Below, one piece after another: positions 1 through 4,999 of a stretch of 5,649 bases of DNA (position 1 is the first letter of the stretch; each line of letters starts with the position of its first letter). Both the position numbers and the translations under genes were made by a program. Origin of the DNA: an archaeon (GTDB lineage: Archaea > Iainarchaeota > Iainarchaeia > Iainarchaeales > CSSED10-239); the NCBI GenBank assembly GCA_037147375.1, contig JBAWVI010000062.1:1-5649 (forward strand), in the 5' to 3' direction. The notes under the pieces were generated by a model, which was given only the letters and a program-made list of their open reading frames with translations, ran no database searches and was not told the DNA's origin.

Positions 1-748
1 CTCTCATTCTTGTATTTTTATGTTTTAAATCTATTTTTAATCTTAAAGATGCTTTTCCTTCTGGATAGCTTTCCATTTCCTTCCAATTGATTAGATTTTG
101 CTCAGGGCTTGAGAACCTACAATCACAAGTTTCTTGTTTTTCTCTAAGTTCACTCATTTTATCTGGATTACAAAAGCACATGTATGCTTGACCTTTAAGA
201 ATTAATTTTTCTGCTTGCTCTTTTAACAAATCAATGTGATCAGATGCATAAATAATCTTATCTGGCCTAACTCCTTGCCATTCAAAATCTTCCTGCATGA
301 TGATATAGAACTCAGGCTTAACTAAACGAGGATTTGTATCTTCAAATCTTAAATAAAACTTACCACCATATTGTTTTGCAAGAAGATAATTAAGTAAAAT
401 TGCTTTTGAGTGACCTATGTGAGGATATTTCTCGGGACTTGGCGGAAAGCAAGTAACTACTTTATCTCCTGGTTTGATATGCATAAATGCATATATGTTT
501 CTATCTTCTTTTTCTTTTTTTTCAAGAAGCTCAGGAGCAAGGTTTTCTATTTCCTTTTCCTGCTCATCAAGAGATAAAGCATTTACGTCTGAGATGATTG
601 GAATTAGAATTGCAGACAATTCTTTTTGCTTTTCTCTCCATTCTGGAAACTTTGAGATAACTGAACCAAATGCAAACTTAATATCTGCTTTTCCTTTATG
701 TCTATATGCGTTCTCAAGAACAATTATTTTGAATGTGTTGTCTACCAT
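1..748 (-). CDS. gltX: Glutamyl-tRNA synthetase, archaeal type (N-terminal part; C-terminus lies beyond the window edge)
   Basis: Manual translation of the minus strand from ATG 748..746 to position 1 gives an open frame with no stops: MVDNTFKIIVLENAYRHKGKADIKFAFGSVISKFPEWREKQKEL...VVTCFPPSPEKYPHIGHSKAILLNYLLAKQYGGKFYLRFEDTNPRLVKPEFYIIMQEDFEWQGVRPDKIIYASDH...GQAYMCFCNPDKMSELREKQETCDCRFSSPEQNLINWKEM...ASLRLKIDLKHKNTRMR. It has the class I HIGH motif (PHIGHSKA), the LRFEDTNP signature, a CxC...CxC cluster and the roughly 100-aa N-terminal extension seen in archaeal GluRS. It is absent from the ORF track only because it is truncated by the window edge. Confidence 0.92.
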   Translation of the reverse strand, partial: MVDNTFKIIVLENAYRHKGKADIKFAFGSVISKFPEWREKQKELSAILIPIISDVNALSLDEQEKEIENLAPELLEKKEKEDRNIYAFMHIKPGDKVVTCFPPSPEKYPHIGHSKAILLNYLLAKQYGGKFYLRFEDTNPRLVKPEFYIIMQEDFEWQGVRPDKIIYASDHIDLLKEQAEKLILKGQAYMCFCNPDKMSELREKQETCDCRFSSPEQNLINWKEMESYPEGKASLRLKIDLKHKNTRMR

Positions 749-780
749 AATTAATCATTAATATCTTTTTTTGTTATATT

Positions 781-1203
781 TTATTTAATTATTGATTTAA
801 CTTTTTTAATAAATAATTCTGCATTTTTAATTCCATTTTCTGCTTCTTCTTTTGAAACAATATCTACTTCTTCATAAACAATTAAATGCCTTTTCTTTCT
901 CATCTTATTAAATATAAATAATATATCTTCAAATTCTTTACTATATTTAAATTTTATAAACTCAACAACAGATAAATGCTTTCCTTCTCCTTTAGGTCTT
1001 ACTCCTGACACAAACATTAAAGCCCTTCCTGCTTGAAGCATTGAATTATATGTAATTGAATAACACCAATCAAAATCATTAGATTCTAAAACTCTCTTTG
1101 CAGTTGCAAGATCTTTTTCAGCATGTAAGATCGCTTTAGTTATTAATGATTTATCAACAACGATTTCTTCCCAAAAATCATTTGATTTGTTTTCTGAATT
1201 CAT
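781..1203 (-). CDS. HEPN-domain protein (toxin-like partner of the upstream nucleotidyltransferase)
   Basis: The ORF-track 144-aa product fits the helical HEPN pattern: AEKDLATAKRVLESNDFDWCYSITYNSMLQAGRALMFVSGVRPKGEGKH...FNKMRKKRHLIVYEE...SKEEAENGIKNAELFIKKVKSII. The track start at 1215 is TTG. I prefer ATG 1203..1201 because it has GGAG (1213..1210) 6 nt upstream. The gene overlaps the 3' end of the MNT gene by 26 nt (38 nt if TTG is used). Confidence 0.75.
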   Translation of the reverse strand: MNSENKSNDFWEEIVVDKSLITKAILHAEKDLATAKRVLESNDFDWCYSITYNSMLQAGRALMFVSGVRPKGEGKHLSVVEFIKFKYSKEFEDILFIFNKMRKKRHLIVYEEVDIVSKEEAENGIKNAELFIKKVKSIIK

Positions 1204-1753
1204 CTTCTTCTCCAATTAACATAATAATATTATTTTGATTAATTGTCTTTAATAAATGATTGCTTTTTGCTTTAGTTTTAAAAGTATTTTCATTCCACAA
1301 CACAAAATTAATTTCTCTTTTTGTAATGTCTTCTATTTTTTTTATTATTTTTAAAAGCATATCTTCTTTCATTTCAGAAATTATAAGAATATCAATATCA
1401 CTATTACTATTTTCAGTTCCTTTAGCAAAAGAACCATAAATTAAACAATATTTAACTTTATTAATTAATTCTGTTTTTATCAAAGTTCCAAGATAGTCAG
1501 TTTTAATAAATATGTTTTTTAAATCTTCTAAAAATATACATTCTTGATTTATTGAATAAATTAACAATTGGCCTTTTGTTTTTACTTTAATAAGATTAAA
1601 TAATTTTAGATTATCCAATTCTCTTGAGACTGGCCCAGGAAGAGAATTAACTAATCTAGCAATTTCTCTTAAATGATAATCTTTATCTTGATTAAAAAGA
1701 AGTAAAGATAATATTCCAACCCTAACTTTTGATGTAAATAACTTACTTAACAT
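1178..1753 (-). CDS. Winged-HTH (ArsR-like) domain fused to a minimal nucleotidyltransferase (MNT) domain
   Basis: N-terminal roughly 75 aa read as a wHTH: KVRVGILSLLLFNQDKDYHLREIARLVNSLPGPVSRELDNLKLFNLIKVKTKGQLLIYSIN. The C-terminal half has the Pol-beta-superfamily NTase signature G-S-x10-D-x-D (YGSFAKGTENSNSDIDILII). ATG at 1753..1751 with AGGA 7 nt upstream. Confidence 0.8.
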   Translation of the reverse strand: MLSKLFTSKVRVGILSLLLFNQDKDYHLREIARLVNSLPGPVSRELDNLKLFNLIKVKTKGQLLIYSINQECIFLEDLKNIFIKTDYLGTLIKTELINKVKYCLIYGSFAKGTENSNSDIDILIISEMKEDMLLKIIKKIEDITKREINFVLWNENTFKTKAKSNHLLKTINQNNIIMLIGEEDEFRKQIK

Positions 1754-1800
1754 AACTGTTCCTTTTTTTAGTACAACTGTATCAATATTAGGAACAGTTA
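1753..1800. promoter_or_regulatory. Perfect 11-bp inverted repeat (TAACTGTTCCT / AGGAACAGTTA) with a 26-nt spacer over the start/RBS/putative TATA of the wHTH-MNT gene; candidate operator or RBS-sequestering hairpin
   Basis: 1753..1763 taactgttcct is the exact reverse complement of 1790..1800 aggaacagtta. A third AACTGT copy lies at 1775..1780, 21 bp from the copy at 1754. The left arm contains the AGGA Shine-Dalgarno-like element and abuts the ATG. The spacer contains a TAATATT TATA-like element on the minus strand. Confidence 0.5.
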
Positions 1801-1820
1801 AGTTTAAATTAGTTTTGGTT

Positions 1821-2903
1821 TTATCTAGTTACTTGAAAGCTTTCTACTTTTGCAAGAAGTTCTTTTGCATGTGCATCATTTCTAAAGTGCTCTCTTACTG
1901 GCTCAATGAATTGATCTATATACTGAGCTGCGGTTCCTTTAAGATCCATTGGATGAAGCTTCTTATCTACAAAATCTTTTTCTAAATCTTCATAACTCTT
2001 GTATGTAACGTCTCCACCAAACTTTTCTGGTCTTTTTACTACAAACTCATCAATCTTTTCAAAAATAATATATTTACAATATTCTAAGATTGGATTATCT
2101 TTAACTATTCCTTCTGGACAATATGCTTTCTTGAACTTTCTTTCAATCTCTTCTTTTGAGTCAGTCATAAAGATAGCTGAATCAGGGTTTGACTTTGACA
2201 TTTTCTTTGCAATTGTTGCTTCAATTCCAGTTGCTTCCTTGTCTTTTGGTTCAGTTAATCCCATAAGCATGTGATGATGTATTGCAATTGGTTTTCTTCT
2301 TCCAATCTTTTCTGCAACTTCTCTTGCAAGAACATTTACCTTTCTTTGATCCATTCCAAGTTGAGCAATATCCACATTTAACATAAAGATATCTGATGCC
2401 TGCATGCAAGGATAAAATATTTGTGCAGCAGTAAGATTATCATTTTCTGTTCTTCCCATTATCTGAGAGCATCTGGTTATTCTAGGAACAGAATTAATTG
2501 TTGCAATATGTATAACCATAAGCCAGTATGCTTGATCCTTCATTAAGTCTGATGCCCAAATGAACTCAACATTTTTAATATCCATTCCACTTGCCTTCCA
2601 AACCTCAATAAAGTATTCTCCAACTATTTTTATCTTGCTTAAGTCTCCACCCATCTTATTATTCATGAGTGCATACCAGTCAGCAACAAGAAACTTAAAA
2701 TGAACTCCAGCCTTAATTAATTTATTTACATTTATTGCTCTAAGTAATCCCTGAGCTATGTGTATTCTTCCACTAGGTTCAAACCCATCATAAGCAATTA
2801 ATGTTTCTTTCTCAATTAATCTATTTACAAGTTCGTCTTCAATTAAGATTTCTTCTCCAACTTCTTTAATTAACTTTAATCTTTCTTCAATATTTAATTT
2901 CAT
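1821..2903 (-). CDS. tyrS: Tyrosyl-tRNA synthetase, archaeal/eukaryal type
   Basis: The 360-aa product has AYDGFEPSGRIHIAQG (HIGH-region variant), LVADWYALMNNKMGGDL, QLGMDQRKVNVLARE, KMSKS (AKKMSKSNPDSAIFM) and KKAYCPEGIVKDNPILEY...KRPEKFGGDVTYKSYEDLEKDF..KKLHPMDLK. By eye it is colinear with M. jannaschii and long archaeal TyrRS sequences as I recall them. Confidence 0.95.
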   Translation of the reverse strand: MKLNIEERLKLIKEVGEEILIEDELVNRLIEKETLIAYDGFEPSGRIHIAQGLLRAINVNKLIKAGVHFKFLVADWYALMNNKMGGDLSKIKIVGEYFIEVWKASGMDIKNVEFIWASDLMKDQAYWLMVIHIATINSVPRITRCSQIMGRTENDNLTAAQIFYPCMQASDIFMLNVDIAQLGMDQRKVNVLAREVAEKIGRRKPIAIHHHMLMGLTEPKDKEATGIEATIAKKMSKSNPDSAIFMTDSKEEIERKFKKAYCPEGIVKDNPILEYCKYIIFEKIDEFVVKRPEKFGGDVTYKSYEDLEKDFVDKKLHPMDLKGTAAQYIDQFIEPVREHFRNDAHAKELLAKVESFQVTR

Positions 2904-3172
2904 TATAAATCCCTCAAATCAATTATTACTTTTTTATCAAACATATCAAGTAATAGTTTAATTATAAAAAGAACTATTAACGTGATAATTACCTTTAATA
3001 TAAATATTAATATTTCTTGGCCTGATGGGCCATACATAAGAAGATTGAATAAAGAATAAACAATTATAATTAACACACCTATAGAGAACACTGAAAAGAT
3101 CATATGTTTTTCAAAATAATCTTGTGTTCTTTTACTTTTTGATTGCTTATTTTTAAGTTTAGTTCTTTGCAT
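2903..3172 (-). CDS. Small 2-TM hairpin membrane protein with a basic N-terminus, translationally coupled to tyrS
   Basis: The 89-aa product has a basic N-terminus (MQRTKLKNKQSKSKRTQ) and two hydrophobic spans (MIFSVFSIGVLIIIVYSLFNLL; ILIFILKVIITLIVLFIIKLLL). Its stop TAA (2905..2903) overlaps the tyrS ATG (2903..2901) as TAATG. AGGT lies 7 nt upstream of its ATG. I recognise no family. Confidence 0.6.
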   Translation of the reverse strand: MQRTKLKNKQSKSKRTQDYFEKHMIFSVFSIGVLIIIVYSLFNLLMYGPSGQEILIFILKVIITLIVLFIIKLLLDMFDKKVIIDLRDL

Positions 3173-3207
3173 ATAAAAACCTATATAATATTAGGTATAT
3201 AAGATTT

Positions 3208-3214
3208 AAAAAAA
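3208..3214 (-). terminator. Oligo-T (T7 on the minus strand) archaeal-style terminator downstream of the 107-aa gene
   Basis: The A7 run on the plus strand at 3208..3214 is a T7 run in the minus-strand transcript, 18-24 nt after the stop at 3232. The genome is AT-rich, so specificity is limited. Confidence 0.35.
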
Positions 3215-3231
3215 GAAGTATATCTTTGATT

Positions 3232-3552
3232 TCACTTAAGTTTACTAATAATTAGAGAAATAGATATTAAAAGTCCAATAAACAAGATTGAAAGATAGAT
3301 AATTCTTACATTATATCCAAATATCTCATTTTGTGAGTGTAATCTATTTCTTTCAAGATCAGTTTCTGCTTTGCAAGAACCAGAATACTCTTCTCCAGAT
3401 AAATGTAAAAAACTATATTTAATATATGAACCTGAACACCCATATATTTTATCGATCTCTAGATGAGTTTCTTCATGATACTCAGTAAACAATATAGTTA
3501 GAACTAAATAGATTAAGATGAATATAGAAAACAAAAGTATTATCTTTTTCAT
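3232..3552 (-). CDS. Small bitopic membrane protein with an HExxH (HEETH) motif just after TM1; putative minimal membrane zincin
   Basis: The track start at 3555 is GTG and ATG follows at 3552. N-terminal TM (KKIILLFSIFILIYLVLTILF), then EYHEETHLEID (HEETH encoded at 3463..3477), a roughly 55-aa polar loop with two Cys (YGCSGSY...SGSCKAE) and LHSQNE, then a C-terminal TM (IIYLSILFIGLLISISLII). A TTTATAAA box lies about 30 nt upstream of the ATG. Confidence 0.6.
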   Translation of the reverse strand: MKKIILLFSIFILIYLVLTILFTEYHEETHLEIDKIYGCSGSYIKYSFLHLSGEEYSGSCKAETDLERNRLHSQNEIFGYNVRIIYLSILFIGLLISISLIISKLK

Positions 3553-3578
3553 CACAAGAAATATAATAGAACAACGTA

Positions 3579-3586
3579 TTTATAAA
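3579..3586. promoter_or_regulatory. Palindromic TATA box TTTATAAA in the divergent intergenic region
   Basis: It is centred about 30 nt from the minus-strand ATG at 3552, which fits an archaeal promoter with a leaderless or short-leader mRNA. A second TATA-like ATATATAT (3623..3630) is centred about 26 nt upstream of the plus-strand ATG at 3652. Confidence 0.4.
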
Positions 3587-3591
3587 TCATA

Positions 3592-3620
3592 TAACTAAGT
3601 AATAACTAAAGAGTAACTAA
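3592..3620 (+). promoter_or_regulatory. Three direct TAACTAA heptamers at exact 11-bp phasing; candidate operator for the adjacent wHTH regulator
   Basis: TAACTAA occurs at 3592..3598, 3603..3609 and 3614..3620 (aTAACTAAg taa TAACTAAa gag TAACTAAc). The repeats lie between the two TATA-like elements, immediately upstream of the ATATATAT box of the wHTH gene. Confidence 0.5.
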
Positions 3621-3651
3621 CAATATATATCTATTAAACAATCATACAATT

Positions 3652-3993
3652 ATGATGACCAAACCAAAGAAGGCTACTGTTAATTATTTGTATAATATTA
3701 AGACTGATATGTACACGTTTGGAAAGGTCCTTGCTTCTCCAAACAAGGTTAAGGTTCTATATTCTCTTTCTTTTCCAAAAACACCAAAGGAAATATCAAA
3801 ACACACAAATATTAATTTCCCAACAACTTCTAAAACAATTAAAGAACTTGAAGATCTTTCACTTGTTTCAATAAACAATAAAGATTTAAGAAAAGGAAAG
3901 ATTGTTTCTGTTTCAAGAAAAGGTAAGGACTTATTATCAGATCTTGATAAGAAAAAGAAAAAAGAAGAAGATACTAATTCTTTAAGTAAATAA
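3652..3993 (+). CDS. Small winged-helix (ArsR/TrmB-like) transcriptional regulator with a lysine-rich tail
   Basis: The 113-aa product contains LASPNKVKVLYSLSFPKTPKEISKHTNINFPTTSKTIKELEDLSLVSINNKDLRKGKIVSVSRKGKDLL, which fits helix-turn-helix plus a beta wing, followed by a KKKKKEED tail. The overlapping minus ORF 3684..4010 is F/S/L-rich, as expected for the antisense of a K/E-rich gene. Confidence 0.7.
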   Translation: MMTKPKKATVNYLYNIKTDMYTFGKVLASPNKVKVLYSLSFPKTPKEISKHTNINFPTTSKTIKELEDLSLVSINNKDLRKGKIVSVSRKGKDLLSDLDKKKKKEEDTNSLSK

Positions 3994-4008
3994 TAAAAGT
4001 TTATATTC

Positions 4009-4054
4009 AAAAAACCAGTTATCTTAATATGATGCTTGGCCAGCTACCCCTCCG
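4009..4054 (-). other. GC-rich island with tRNA-5'-end-like sequence, flanked by a TATA-like box and a T6 run on the minus strand; candidate small transcript or tRNA-derived relic
   Basis: 4034..4054 gcttggccagctacccctccg is 15/21 G+C in a very AT-rich background. The minus strand reads GGAGGGGTAGCTGGCCAAGCATCATATTAAGATAACTGGTTTTTT. GGGGTAGC...CCAAG resembles the acceptor/D-arm start of archaeal class II tRNAs, but I cannot fold a canonical D-arm. TATTATAG (revcomp of 4077..4084) is centred about 28 nt upstream of the GGAGGGG start, and the T6 run is at 4014..4009. Confidence 0.25.
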
Positions 4055-4101
4055 AAAAGAATATACACTACAAATTCTATAATATATGCGGCGATTATTA
4101 G

Positions 4102-4998
4102 ATGATAGGGAATAATTTAATTACTCAGGAAACCATTAAATATAAAATATATAAAATCAGAAATATCCAAGTTATGCTTGATAGTGATCTTGCTGAACTG
4201 TATGGTGTTTCTACGATGGTATTAAATCAGGCGGTTAAAAGAAACTTAAATAAATTTCCTGCTGATTTTATGTTTCAATTAACACAAAAAGAGTTTAAAA
4301 TCTTGATATCACAATTTGTGATATCAAGTTGGGGTGGTAAACGAAAATTACCATATGCTTTTACTGAACAAGGTATTGCTAGTTTGTCAGGTATTTTAAA
4401 AAGCGAAAGAGCAACAGAAATGAATATTCAAATTATGCGGACATTTGTTTCCATGAGAAAATTCATTTCAAGAAATGTAGAATTATTTGAAAAAATAAAC
4501 TATGTTGAAAGTAAGCAAATAGATTATCAATTAAAATCAGATAAAAACTTTAAAATAATATTTGATGCAATCGAAAATAAAGAAATTACTAAAAAACAAG
4601 GAATCTTCTTTGATGGACAAGTGTTTGATGCCCATAACTTCGTATCAAATTTAATAAGAAGTGCAAAGACATCAATAATCTTAATAGATAATTATATTGA
4701 TGATACTGTTTTAACATTATTTACTAAAATAAATAAGAATGTAAAAGTTACAATCTACACTAAAAATATAACAAAGCAATTGAAGCTTGATCTTGAAAAA
4801 TATAACTCACAGTATAATCCAATTATAGTTAAAAAATTTAAAAAATCTCATGATAGGTTTTTAATTATTGATAATAAAGACATTTATCATATAGGTGCAT
4901 CAATTAAGGATCTTGGAAAGAAGTGGTTTGCATTTGCAAAACTTGATAGTGAGAACTTAAAAATATTAGAAAAATTAAATATAAAAAATAATAATTAA
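4102..4998 (+). CDS. ORF6N (KilA-N-like) DNA-binding domain protein with a C-terminal PLD/Nuc-like domain carrying an HxRxxxxD variant motif
   Basis: The N-terminal roughly 115 aa match the ORF6N signature I recognise from bacterial proteins: IRNIQVMLDSDLAELYGVSTMVLNQAVKRNLNKFPADFMFQLTQKEF..LISQF..SSWGGKRKLPYAFTEQGIASLSGILKSERATEMNIQIMRTFV. The C-terminal half reads SAKTSIILIDNYIDDTVLTLFTKINKNVKVTIYTK...KKSHDRFLIIDNKDIYHIGASIKDLGKKWFAF. That layout resembles the PLD-superfamily pattern (A.x.I.i..y.....i...L......V.V.i..., then HxKxxxxD...GSxN) with R in place of K. Confidence 0.85.
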   Translation: MIGNNLITQETIKYKIYKIRNIQVMLDSDLAELYGVSTMVLNQAVKRNLNKFPADFMFQLTQKEFKILISQFVISSWGGKRKLPYAFTEQGIASLSGILKSERATEMNIQIMRTFVSMRKFISRNVELFEKINYVESKQIDYQLKSDKNFKIIFDAIENKEITKKQGIFFDGQVFDAHNFVSNLIRSAKTSIILIDNYIDDTVLTLFTKINKNVKVTIYTKNITKQLKLDLEKYNSQYNPIIVKKFKKSHDRFLIIDNKDIYHIGASIKDLGKKWFAFAKLDSENLKILEKLNIKNNN

Positions 4999-4999
4999 T

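Noticed and set aside
474-761. 95-aa plus-strand ORF from the six-frame track
   Set aside because: It lies entirely antisense to the well-supported gltX reading frame. Its F/S/C-rich low-complexity product is what the reverse strand of a K/E-rich gene gives, and it has no recognisable motifs.
1999-2274. 91-aa plus-strand ORF
   Set aside because: It is antisense to tyrS, which has unambiguous class I aaRS motifs. The product is S/F/I-rich with no motif or start context.
1821-2903. Alternative call as tryptophanyl-tRNA synthetase
   Set aside because: The GFEPSG...HIAQG N-terminal region, the KKAYCP...NP and RPEKFGG...Y.SYE.LE..F....LHP.DLK blocks match TyrRS rather than TrpRS.
3173-3231. Short palindrome ACCTA-N8-TAGGT and duplicated (C/G)TATATAA motifs upstream of the 89-aa gene
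   Set aside because: A 5-bp stem in AT-rich intergenic DNA is expected by chance. The TATATAA elements are most simply ordinary TATA boxes for the 89-aa/tyrS transcript.
3684-4010. 108-aa minus-strand ORF overlapping the wHTH gene
   Set aside because: Its F/S/L-rich composition is typical of an antisense shadow ORF. The plus-strand product has a coherent wHTH pattern, a TATA box at the right distance and an ATG-ATG start.
4009-4054. Nanoarchaeum-style split tRNA 5' half
   Set aside because: The acceptor-like GGAGGGG-TA start is suggestive, but I cannot form a 4-bp D-stem or a 5-bp anticodon stem. The 3' tail is AT-rich rather than the GC-rich complementary leader known for split tRNA halves. 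I kept it only as a low-confidence tRNA-like relic or sRNA finding.
4029-4055. Possible archaeal C/D-box sRNA (AUGAUGc resembling a C box, CCGA as a D' box)
   Set aside because: The C box has a mismatch at its last position. The spacing to the only D'-like element is about 16 nt rather than about 12. No C' (UGAUGA) or terminal D box (CUGA) follows at the right distance.
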